A stretch of DNA of 64,000 nt. Origin: Gnetum montanum (taxonomy: Eukaryota; Plantae; Gnetophyta). Position numbers and translations under genes: made by a program. Below the pieces are notes generated by a model. The model was not told the DNA's origin. It saw nothing but the letters and a program-made list of their open reading frames with translations, and did no database searches. Where the stretch lies: positions 1 through 64,000 of the forward strand of contig MNCI01001632.1 of NCBI GenBank assembly GCA_015680685.1. The letters run 5' to 3'. Shown here in pieces: positions 1-11,939 of the stretch (the stretch's first letter is position 1; every line of letters starts with the position of its first letter).

Positions 1-3000
1 ATTCTAGCTAAATATTAGTATTGGAGCTTAGTTTTTTTGCACTTTTTAGAAGATTTTTATCAATTTCAGATGGCATCAAAGAAGAAACAAGTTCAAGCCC
101 AAATAGAGACATGGAGAGAATGAAGTCTACCTTCTAATTTATCATTGCTTGGTTAGATAAAATTAGCATAAAGGTAGATAGAAATGATGATCCCAAAATT
201 ATCTAGAAATGTAACATGATCAACATTCACATTTAGATGAAGATGTTTCCTAGCATGGTGGAGATTGAGTAGATGATAAGAAAGGATTATCTAGCTATGG
301 GAGTATAGAAATCCATTAGCAAAGGATTAAAATGTGAGGAAATATTATTCCTTGCATGATAATTTTGAGGGCTTCAATAGTGTAAACTACTTCTACCAAG
401 CTTGATGAGGAAGATGAAGCAAGACATGCTAGAGTGTTCTGCAATGCTACAAGACATCCATACATTGAGTTGAAGACTTTTAATCATGTTGATGGTACAA
501 ATTATTTTTTGAAGTTAGTTGAAGACACTTGATAAATATTTTAACATATAAGAGATACCAAATAATTCAGATCACCTATTGTTGAATCTATATTAGAAGG
601 TATGGCTTTTACTTAATGGGGAAAATGGTTCTAACATTATGAAAGATAAAATGGTTCATCCATTAGAGATTGAAATTTGATGAAATATTGGTTGAGAAGA
701 AAATTTTAATAGTCTAATCAAAAGTAACAGACTATTATGAAGTTGAAATTCCTAAGGCAAGATAACAAAAATGTCAAAGAATTATACATCAAATTTTATG
801 GTATATTCCATCAAGGTAATGTGAATTGGGAGGAGTATGAGTAGGCTTCAATTTTTTTAGAAGGTCTTAGAATGATGAATTAGTATTTGTCTTTTTTTGA
901 TCCATAAAATCTTTATGAGGCTTATGATTTGAGACTCAAATGGAAAAGAGATTAAGTGGATTCAAAAACTGGAGTAAACAAACTTTTACAAAAAAGAAGA
1001 AGGAATCCATGTCTAAATTTCAAGGCAAAGATGATAGCCATAACAAGAAGACACAAAATGATGATGAAAAGGAAAAAGCCAAAAAAGACCTAGACAATAA
1101 AGGCAAGGGTTCAAGGAAGAATCTCACCTAAGATTCAATGCTTTAACTATGAAGAATGAGGACACAAGGAATGGAAATATCCACTTTACAAGGCAACCAA
1201 GGGTAAATATGTATAACCCATGAAGGTGGCAGAGATATCAAGCCAAGCTCTTTAGATAGGTAACTGTAATGCTCCTAAGATTAAAGAAGTTTCTAAATTA
1301 CATTCTTATACATTCATTAGGAATGTTAATAGAGGAGATCATCTTGATATATAATTTTTATTTTGAATATGGATTAGATTTTTGCTTAGTGGGAAATGGA
1401 TTCATGTTCTAATTGATAGAGAAACCTAAGAAAATGTTATTTATTATATGGTAGGTGCTAGATTGGGTATGGTGACTAACCTACAACCCTGATCTTATAA
1501 AGTGCATTGGTTGTCTAGAGTTATTTCAAAAGAAGTGAGGAAACAATATACTTTGAAATTTAAAATTGGAGGTTTTCATGATGTTGTGAAGTATGATGTG
1601 CTTTCAATAGATTATGTTGATGTAATTCATAGTCAACCTGGGAACCTTAATAATGGTGCTTGAATTCATGAAGTAAGAAATGTATGAAGTGTAGCTAGAT
1701 CTAATGGAATCCATGAGTTGATTTCCATGATAGCTATCAAGTAAGGTATTAAAGCTCACTTAATTCTTCCTTAATCCTTCTAGGGGAGAAGGAATGCATT
1801 AAGTAACATGATGAAATACATTATGAATTTGTTTTTTAATTAATAGTTTCCTCCAACTATGATTATGTGTAGATTGAACTTCCTATATGTGTGCTAGGCT
1901 TGAAGGATTAATTTTCCAAGGTGTTTAAGGAGGAATTAGATAGATTGTCACTAGTGAGGAATGTACAACATTAAATTGATTTCATCCTTGTCACTACCAT
2001 TTCAAATGAGAAAGCTTACCAGAAGGCACAAAATCAATGATCTAAATTACAAAGATAAGTAGAGAAGTTACTTGCAAATGACTTTATGAGGGAATCCATT
2101 TTACCTTACAGTAATAGTTCCAAAGAAAGATAGTGATAAATAGATGATATGCATTAATTCTTGAATAGTGAATAGGATAACTGTGAACTATATGTTTCCA
2201 ATTTCAAGGATGGATGATATTCCTGAGGTCCTTAGCAATGCTAGAATTTTTAGAAACATTGATTTGAAGAGTGATTATCATTAAATTAGAATCATGCCTA
2301 GTGTTAAATAAAAGATAACTTTCAATGAACACAAAAAATTGTTTGAATGGTTGGTAATGTCATTTGGGCCCATGAATGCACCTAATACATTCATGAGGTT
2401 GACACATGATGCATTGAAGAACTTGCTTGGTAAATGTTGTATTATATTTTAATGAAAATTTGGTATATAGCTATAATGAGGAAAAGCACTTGGATCACTT
2501 GCGAATGATGTATCTTCAATTAGAAGAGGGACAATTGCTAATCAAAGTGAAGTCATTTCTTCAAGATGGAAATAACATAATTGAAGCATGTGGTTTCTAA
2601 AAATCAAATTCAAATCAAAGCTAACAAGGTTAAGTCTATTATGGATTGGTTAATTCTTAAAAATGTTGGGGAGCTAAGATCATTCCTTGGTTTAGTAGGT
2701 TTTTATAAATGGTACATAAAAACTTTTTAGTTGTATTTCATGATCTATGTTTGCTTTGTTGAAGAAAACTAAATATTTTAGATGGGATAATGAAATGTAT
2801 GGGAGCTTTGACTTGTTGAGAAAAAAAATATTACAAATGAATTAGTGCTTACAATTTCAAATTTTTAAAGCTCTTTTAGGTGGAGGTAGATGAAAGTTAA
2901 CTTGTCATTGATGATATACTTTCAAATGAAGGTAGGCTTGTTGCTTTCTTTTTGAAAAATTTGAATGAGTAACAACAGAAAATAGCATATATGAGAAGAA

Positions 3001-3425
3001 TTTTTATGCTATTCTTTAAGCAATCAAGCATTAGAGGCATTACTTGTTACCCAAAGAGTTTACTTTGATGATGGATCACAAAGCATTACAATTTCTAAAC
3101 TCTCAAAAGAATTTGGATGCAAAGAAAATGAAGTGGTTTTCATAGTTATAGGAATTTAATTTTGTGTTTAATTACAAAATTAAAAAAGGCAATGTGGGGA
3201 TCGATGCATTATTAAAGGTTCACATGGTGAATTTTATTGTACCTCATGTAGAAGGTATGGATGATTTTGCTAATTTTTACAAGCATGATGTTGGTTTTGG
3301 AAAGGTTTAAAGAAACCTTAAAGAATAATTGATGAGTAGGATAGACTAGTGGAGAAACTATCATATTAAATATGAACTATTATTATAGAATGGAAAGGTA
3401 TGTGCATAGCATTAAGAAAATTTGG
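1..3425 (+). mobile_element. Element F: degenerate Ty3/gypsy, CRM/chromovirus-like (gag-pro-RT-RH-start of INT), truncated by the window edge and interrupted by E
   Basis: Zn-knuckle relic QCFNYEE*GHKEWKYP at ~1135-1185; protease relic IHVLIDRET*ENVI ~1400 with YKVHWL...FKIGGFHDVVKYDV; RT relics IDLKSDYH*IRI and LFEWLVMSFGPMNAPNTFMRL at 2260-2400; RH relic IKH*RHYLLPKEFTLMMDHKALQFL at ~3020-3100. Many stops and frameshifts. Confidence 0.85.
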
Positions 3426-4509
3426 TGTTGGAAAAATGAAGATCCCCAAAGGAATAGTTTGACCTTGGATTCCATGGGCCTAAAGAAAGGAATCTAAAGC
3501 ACCCTAGATAATATTTTCAATCATCTAAGGACTTGAAATTTTTTTAAAAAATGCAATTAAATTGAATAAAATTTGTAGATCTAACAATAGAGAAAGCGCA
3601 AAAATCAACTTGAAATGCACAAATGAACTTTTAAATAGTATTAAAATAATAAAATGTTGAAGGAAAAAAGTTCAAATGAGTATAAGTTATGTTCCTATGA
3701 TGCACAAAGAGCTACACAAAAGATGTTTGAAGTTTAGTGAATCTGGTAGAGTGTGTCCTGTAGTTAGCTTCACTATCCAAATGCTCCAAAGCTTTACTCC
3801 CAAGGCTCCTTGTTATTTCTTTGGTATTGAATCTACTTCATTTAGATGTTGAAATGATGAATGTTTGTTGGAATTTCAATTGATCTACAATGCTTGGAGA
3901 TTCTCTATGCTCATCCAAATGGAAATTTGTCAAAATTCCTTGTGAAGTGATCATATTTGATTTTTATAAGCCATTTGGGTTTTGGTATGGTGGTGCAAAT
4001 TTCTTCCATGATTATTGATAGAGTGTTACAAATTTATGATATTGTAGGACATCAACCTCACCATATTTTCTAATTTTTGTAATTTTGATATATTAAAGCC
4101 ATCAAAGGTATGATGGATCCCAGAAAAACATGCTAATTTTACCAAAGATATGCTAGATTCACCATAAGTATGCTAGCCTTAGAGGAGATACACTGGGTTC
4201 CATAGAAAACATGCTCACCTCACCATGAAAATCAAAACCCATTAATTCATATGCTACTTACAAGTAGTTCTAGTGTATAAATTTCTTTGACCAACATAAA
4301 AACAATGGAAAAGCCAAATTTAGTAATTCCCAAGGTAATTTTAGCCTTTCCAAGCCTAGGTACATACATGACCTTTTTCTACTTGGGAAGTAAGGCAATA
4401 ACAACTTATGAGGCATTTTTTAATCTCATACATTTTACAATAAGATCCTGTCTCAATTTCAATAGTAAAGGTTATGAGTTGTAGCATGAATTTTTTTAGT
4501 GGTGTTTCA
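3426..4509 (-). repeat. 3' LTR of Tat-like element E
   Basis: Starts TGTTGG where F homology stops and ends ...GGTGTTTCA like the other Tat LTRs here. The last ~150 bp are homologous to the A and D LTR ends (acaacttatgaggcattttt). A PPT-like ttagcctctct follows. The left edge is less certain. Confidence 0.7.
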
Positions 4510-5515
4510 TTAGCCTCTCTATCTTGATGTTTTAAGGATTGACCTAAGAGACATCGACAAAGAATACAAAAACCACTACAAGCCTATCTCCTACATTTCC
4601 TCTCTATGATGGATTCTATAACTATCAAACAATAGTGAAGAGTGCATGCGATGGAATGATAAGGTCATGATGAGATGTTATAGGGTAAAGGCTATATTAG
4701 ATTATAAGGAAAAGGTTACAATGATTAACAATGAATTCCACATGTTGACATCATGGTTGTGCTATGGTAGTGACATGGTTGTGCATTAGTGTAGTCTTGG
4801 TGCTTCATGATTTGAAGTGTTGGTCACTTGGTAATGTTTCTGAGGAACCAACACTTCACTCCAAGGATTCTTTGGCCATTAAGTACCTCCTTTTTCTTTT
4901 TTAGTGTCATTGATTTGACTTTTGAGCTTCATTGGCCTCTTGACTTGCTTAAAAATTTGTTTCCCCACTTTTTATTTTGTGGCAAGAAACCTTCATTGGA
5001 TTTCATTATTTATGTCAAATTCAATTTGGTTTTCTCATTGAGTGGAATGTGTTACAACTAATGAACTTGATGGTGGAGCATGACGAAGAAGATCTCACAT
5101 GATCATAGTGAATGAATGCCAAATAGGAGTCATCATTATTGTTGAGGGTAAGAAAGGTTGTAATTGAGCTATGGGATTTTTGGCTGAATAGGGGTAATAG
5201 AAATGATATGAGATAAGCACTATTTTCATGAACATATGATCTCACTAAATCTTATATATATAAGTCACATGACAACTTACTACCACAATGATCTACATCT
5301 TTGCAATGACTTCCAAGTTTCATCTTGCAACCAAAACTTCTAGAGAATAAGAAAATAAGATAAAGAAAACATATCATTACAGTGCATTCCATAGGGATAC
5401 ATCAGACAACCATCAAGACTACAAGCCACCATAGGTTAGTACTAGTGCAACATTGAGAGATCTATGTAATGTACATTAGATTTTGCAAAGCTTATAGTTC
5501 ATTCATTATGCAAAA

Positions 5516-5518
<3 letters not shown>

Positions 5519-5557
<39 letters not shown>
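5519..5557. repeat. (AG)n microsatellite, ~19 units
   Basis: Directly visible; abuts the left LTR of A. Confidence 0.98.
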
Positions 5558-5559
<2 letters not shown>

Positions 5560-7504
5560 TTGTAATCAAAAACCCCAATTTTTTGAGTGTAAACCAAGGA
5601 TCCTTAGTGCAAGTACTTTTCCAACCATAAATCCCTAGGGCCTCCTTGATAAAAATGGAAGTCGACGCACCCTGGCTAGTCTGGTAGACCAAATAGGGAC
5701 TTATGAGATGCAAAACATGGAAATATGAATATATCTAAATAATGCATAAATAATAAATTTATTTTTGAACAAAAAACGTAAAACTTAAAACTTTATTGAA
5801 AAAAAGAATAAAGAATAAGTTAGAGAAATGTGTACAAATGGTGCCTGGATGAGCAAAAAGGTGGTTCACTTATGCAAGAGTTCAAAGTCCATTGATGTTA
5901 TCAAACCTCCCCTTTCTTTTAAAACCTTCGATCTTCCAATTGGGTCACTCCTAGGGGGTGAAAATATTGGAATATTTGAATGCCAAGTTGCTCCACACTG
6001 GGTTTGGAATCCCAGAAGTGCAGTATTAAGACCAAAAATCCACCAAATCTGAAGGCCTCGCTACTTCCATGTTGGGGTTCAAGAAGAATTCTAATATGGG
6101 AACTTGAAATATCTCTTGAATGTCTAAAAATGCCCCAAGTATGAAATTTTATGTATGCAAATTACTTGAACAAAAAAATGCATAACTTGCTGAAACATTT
6201 CCCAAAACCTTGTAACTGTTGAATCTTATCAAAAATGCTAAACTTGTAACTAGTGTTGGAGGCTGGTTGTTATAGGTTTTTTGGGTCATGAATGGGGTTG
6301 CAAATTTGTCATTATTTGGCTACAAATTGGCTGAATATTTCAGTCAAAAATGGCTACAAAATGGCTATAAATTTGTTACAATTTTAGGTGAGATTGTTAC
6401 CTAAATTTAGGGGTTACTATACATAGTAAGTGCTTCCTTCCATGGCCATTTAGTTTAATATAAATAGTAACTAGGGCACACCTTCCACACTTGAGATGAA
6501 TATTTCATGTTGAGATTTCCACCATGCATGTTGAAGTGGTTGGTCAATGTTAAAGTGCATGAATTGATGAATCTTGCTTCTTGTGGCTTCCACACTAGGG
6601 GGAAAAGTTTCTAGGTTAGGGGGAAAGTTTCCAAGCTAGGAGAAAACTTTATAGGCTAGGGAAAAAGTTTCCAAGTTGGGGAAAAACTTTTACATTTAAG
6701 GAAAAACTTTCAAGGCTGATAGGAAAAAGCTTCCAAGCTAGGAAAAATTTCCAAGTTGTGCAACTAGTCTTCATGTTGAAGGGGGGAATGTTTCCAAACC
6801 CCCCACCCTTCCACATTATGAGTAGCTAAGATGTATTCCCTATAGGTTTTTTTAGTGTAGAAACATGCATACCCCCCATAAAACCCATCACCATGCTTGT
6901 TGAAGTGGTTGGTCAATGTCAAAGGGCATGAATTTGATGAATGTTACTTCTTATTGCTTCCATGCTAGGGGGAAAACTTTCCAAGCCAGGAGGAAAGTTT
7001 CCAAGCTGGGGAGAAACTTTCTAGGCTAGGGGAAACTTTCACATTTGAGGAAAAAATTTCAAGGCTAATAGGGGAAAGTTTCCAAGTGGGAGAAAAGTTT
7101 CCAAGTCTTGCATTTGGTCTTCACTTTTTAGAGGGGAAATTTTCCAAATCCTCCATCCTTCCATGTTAAGGGTAGCTGAGATAGACCCCCCCCCCCTTTT
7201 GGTGTTTTTAGTATAGAAAAATGCATACCCCCCATAAAACCCATTAAATTATCCTTTTTGGCATTCCAAAAGGCATTTTTGACCCCCAAGCCCAAATATA
7301 GATACTATATCACTTTTTTCACTTGTGAAATGAGACCTAGACAACTTATGAGGTATTTTTTACCCCCAAAAGTATAAAGTATGTAAAATTACTCATTTTG
7401 GGTTACAATTTTCACTTTTACAATGAAGTATTACCTTGGATTTCATGGGGTGAAAGCTACATGATGAATATTTGTTATAACATGCAAAATTTGTTGGTGT
7501 TTCA
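5558..7504 (-). repeat. 3' LTR of A, with an internal ~365-bp tandem duplication (6521-6890 / 6890-7245) containing ~20-bp TTTCCAAGCTRGGGRAAA subrepeats
   Basis: TG...GGTGTTTCA ends; matches 52139-53039; followed by atgatccctctttg (PPT on the - strand). Confidence 0.85.
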
Positions 7505-7745
7505 ATGATCCCTCTTTGTTGGTGCTTGGAGGATTTACCCAAGAGACACCAATAAATAATACAAAATACCACTACATATTATAACACTATAATGAATACA
7601 AGCTACATGAGAGTTAGGCTATCTAGGTTACCAACATTACTAGTTTAAGGCCATGGCACTAGTTTAAGGTCTTGGTAGGTCATGTTGCTAGTTTAAGGTT
7701 GTAGCAGACCATTGAAAGTAGGATTTCTTGTTAACTATCTATTAG

Positions 7746-10700
7746 CTATATGTAGTATGGATTTAGACAGGAATGGTTAACTAGATTGACTAGCTCATTC
7801 CCATCCATGTTGGCTATTCTAAATTCTCCATTCTTGTAGGCTCTATTGATAAGGAAGGGCCCTTTTAAGTTGGTTCATAATTTTTCCATGTGCTCATGAA
7901 CAGCCTTGAGGACTAGGTCCTCCTCCTTGATCTTATGCATGGTCAAGTCATGGCGATGTTGTTACTTCTACCTCTCTTGATAGTGATCAATGTAAGTAAG
8001 TGCTTACATACACTACTCCTCCACTAAATCCAATATTGTTGTCTACAACTCCTTACTCTACTTGTCATTGATGAAGTTGGTCAAGGCTACTTAGAGTGAT
8101 GAAACATACAATTCAAGATGAAAAATTGTTTTAGAATCATAAACAAGGCTATAAGGGGTCATGCCAATTGTCATGTGATAGGTTTTTTTTATGCCCATAC
8201 TGCATGGACAAGCTACTTCCACTTTCTATTCTTGAGCATCTTCTTGAGCAAGTTGATGATGGCCTTGTTTCTTTCTTCTACTTGTCCATTGGCTTGAGGG
8301 TAGTAAGGGGATGAGAAAGAATGCTTAATGCCTAGGTCATGACAGAAATCCTTGGTTTCTTGGCTACTAAATTGAGGTCCATTTTCTGTAACTATGATCA
8401 TGGGTATGCCAAAATGAGCTATAATGTTATCTAGGATAAATTTGCAAACTTTTTTAGATGTGTTCTTCCTTAGGAAAATAGCCTCAACCCACTTGGTAAA
8501 GTATTCAGTTGTGGTAATGATGAAGCTATGTCCTATGAAAGACCAACATGGTATGGATCTAGTGATATCCAACCACCATTTTTGATATAGCCATGTTATC
8601 TGGGTTGTATGTAACTTAGTTGCTGATACATGTATTAGGTTGCCATATCATTGGCATGTGTAACATCACATAACCTTTTGCAAGCAGTCATTTTTCATAT
8701 GGGGCCAATAGGAGCCTAATCTTCTAATGTTAGTGACCATGGATCTAGGTCATATATGTCCTCCAAAAACACCCTCCTTAACCTCCTCTAAGATTCTTTT
8801 GGCTTTGGTTTTACCTAAGAACTTTATGAGTATGCCATCATAGGATCGTCAACATAATGTGTTATCACCTACAATGACATACTGCTTCAATTACTTGCAT
8901 ATAGCATCCTTCTAAGTAGTAGTTAGGCCTTGTGAGGATTCAACATATGTAAGGTAAAATTTAATATCATCATACCACTCCTTGGGAGGAGTAGTATGAA
9001 TGATGACCACAAAGGTATCATTAGTGTTTTGTGTGATGGAAGTAGTATAGTCCATAGTTAAGATGGGAAACTTGCTAAACACATCTAGCATCACATTAAG
9101 GGCTAATGTTGTAATTACATTAGATATGGTGTTTTTGTTTCTAGGTATGTGTTGGACATTGACATCTATGTATTGTTGTAATAACTACTTCCCTAGGTCA
9201 TAGTAAGGTTGTAAGTGCATAGCTTTGCATGCATAGACTTTAGTTACTTGGTTAACCATGAGTTGTGAATTGCCTTTTATGGCTAGGTGTCTAATTCCTA
9301 GGTCATGAGCTACCATCATCCCTTATTGTGCTATGTTATTTGTACATGGAAATTTGAAATGATAGGAAAATGTTTTATTTCACTAGATGGAAATGTCACA
9401 AGGGTAGTAGTACTAGCCCCATGGGGAGTTGAAGCTCCATCAAAGTTCATGACTACCTCATAACCCTTGGGCACTTAGCTAACTGTGTTAATGTATTCAT
9501 CAAGGAACTCATGGTCTATGGTTGCTTGGTCATCAAAAAGTGAAATTATGAGTTGTATAACTATAGCTTGACCTTTGTTAAGGATTGAGAGATGTAATGA
9601 AGGTTGATCTCTATGGTTATGGCTTTCTGTTAGGCTATGTGGGTACTTTCGTAGACGTTGGTTATTATGGCTCTAAGTATGTTATCCTTACAGATCATGT
9701 TGACTTGGCTTCTAAAGAGGTAGTGTCTCCATTTCTTCAAAGAGAAGGCTAGTACTAGAAAATACTTCTTTATTTCATTATGTTAAGTCTCATTGGCTAC
9801 AAATGCATTGCTAAGGTATTATATAGGCATTTCTAGTCCATCATCATGTTTTTCACAGAGTAGGGAGGCAATGGATGTGTCAAACATGGTGAGATAAATG
9901 TAAAATGGTTTACCCTCTTGTAGAGGATAGAATATCAATAATTATATTAACTCTTTCTTATGGTTTTCAAAGGCCTCTTGTAATTGAGCCTTCTATTCAT
10001 AGTGAACTCCTTTCTTAAGCAAGTGTTGCATGGACTGTAATGTATCCATAACCCTAGCAATAAACCTTTGAATAAATTGTAACCTACCTTGTAATCCATA
10101 AATCTCTTTAAGATTGGTCAGTGTTGCTAATTTGGATATTGATTTAACCTTATTAGGGTCTACATGTATCCCTACTTCAAAGATTACAAATCCAAGCTTC
10201 TTACCTGTCTTGACATTGAAGACACACTTCTTAGAATTAAGCCTAAGCTCATATTTGGGGCACCATTTAAGCACAAGATCTAGGTCATTATTATGGTCAT
10301 CAACTATCTTAGACTTCATGGCTATGTGATCTATGTAATCATTAAGAAAACCTAACATGTAATCACTAAAGATATAGGTCATGACTCTTTGTTATGTTGC
10401 TTTTGTATTCTTAATACCAAAGGGCATCATGGTATAATTAAAAACACCCCATGGGGTCATAAAGGTTGTGCTAAATTGGTGATCTAAGTTGATTCTAATT
10501 TGGTTATATCACGAGAATCCATCTATAAAGGACAACAAGGCATGTCTAGCTATAGTATTAATAAGTTGATTAATACTAGGCAAAGGGAAGTCATCCTTGA
10601 GAGTTTCTTTGATTAGGTTTCCAAAATTAATGCAAATATGGATACTCCTATTTTTCTTAGGGACTACCACTCTATTGGACACCCATTCTATGTAATAGAC

Positions 10701-11241
10701 AAGCCTAATGAAACCTACTTGGTAGAGCTTTGAGATTTTATCATGAACTACCAAGGCCAAATTAGGTCTAATCCTATGCACTTTTTACTTAACTAGTCTA
10801 ATTCTATGATCCAATATGATGTTATGTTGGACTATACATGGATCTAGTCCTACCATATCTTCATATGACTAGTAAAATGCCTTAATGTTATCCTATAAGT
10901 CTTTGGTGATGTCTTGGGCATATTGAGGCTCTAGTGAGGAATTTAGTTTAAGGGTTTTCTCCTCACCACTATGTCATGATAGGAAGCTCAACTAGAGAGG
11001 CTTTGGTTATGTCCCCTACTTCTAAGTTAAGGGTTTTGACTAGGTTTTTAGGCCATTCTAGAGGTTTCTCTATTGAGGCTATGTGGTTTACAAGACTCTT
11101 AGGCCTAATATCTAGGAAATGAGGGTTGATACACCATTTAATATCATCATGAGGTCCATGAAAACACAAAGGAAAATTGATTTTCTCCTAGTTATTCATA
11201 CTTTTATGCTACATATCAACCAAAAGCATATTAACTGACAC
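7746..11241 (-). pseudogene. pol: pol of A (RT-RH-aRH-INT)
   Basis: ORF fragments DDFPLPSINQLI (RT), LNDYIDHIAMKS (decayed YVDD), FDGASTP (aRH, ~9430) and EYFTKWVEA...YYPQANGQVE (INT). Confidence 0.92.
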
Positions 11242-11939
11242 CTAGGTAAAAGTGAATAAATAATGTTAAAATGTCAAAAAACATATGTAAATCTAATGAA
11301 ATCAAGGCCATTCAAGATCATTAGTGAGATAAGGTCAATTCAAAAATTACAATAGAGGAAAACAAAGATCACATAAGGGTCAAACAAGGGAAACTATAAG
11401 GCTACAAATGGTAAGAAAAGGCCATACTTTTTTCTAGTTTTAGGCATTAGTGGGTCATGATGCTAGTTTAAGGCCTTAGTGAGCCAAGGTCATATGGTGT
11501 TGAACAATGGTAACAAAATGTCAAACTCCACTATTGGATACCATTTAAAGGCCAAACAAAGACAAATAGATTTGTAATAAGGCAAACAATGAACATATAA
11601 GGTTTTATAAAGGCCATAAAAGGTCAACAAGGTTATTAAGGCAACATAAGTCTAAAAACAAGCCAAAACATTACTTAATAATGCAAAAATCAAGAAGAAT
11701 AGGTTATATATGATAAAATATAATTAATATATGAAATAAATGGTTAGGTTTTACTATTATTAAGCCTTATCAAGGCATGTTATAAGGGTAGAGGGCTATA
11801 AGATGAGTTTAGGTGTCAATCAAGGCTATTTTTAGGCTATTTAGACACAAAAATCTAGTGCTTTGAGGCTTCAATTCTACAAGTTTCTGGCTAATTTTGG
11901 GCATGTTTGAAGGATTTTTAAGGGTACTTAAGATCTTCC

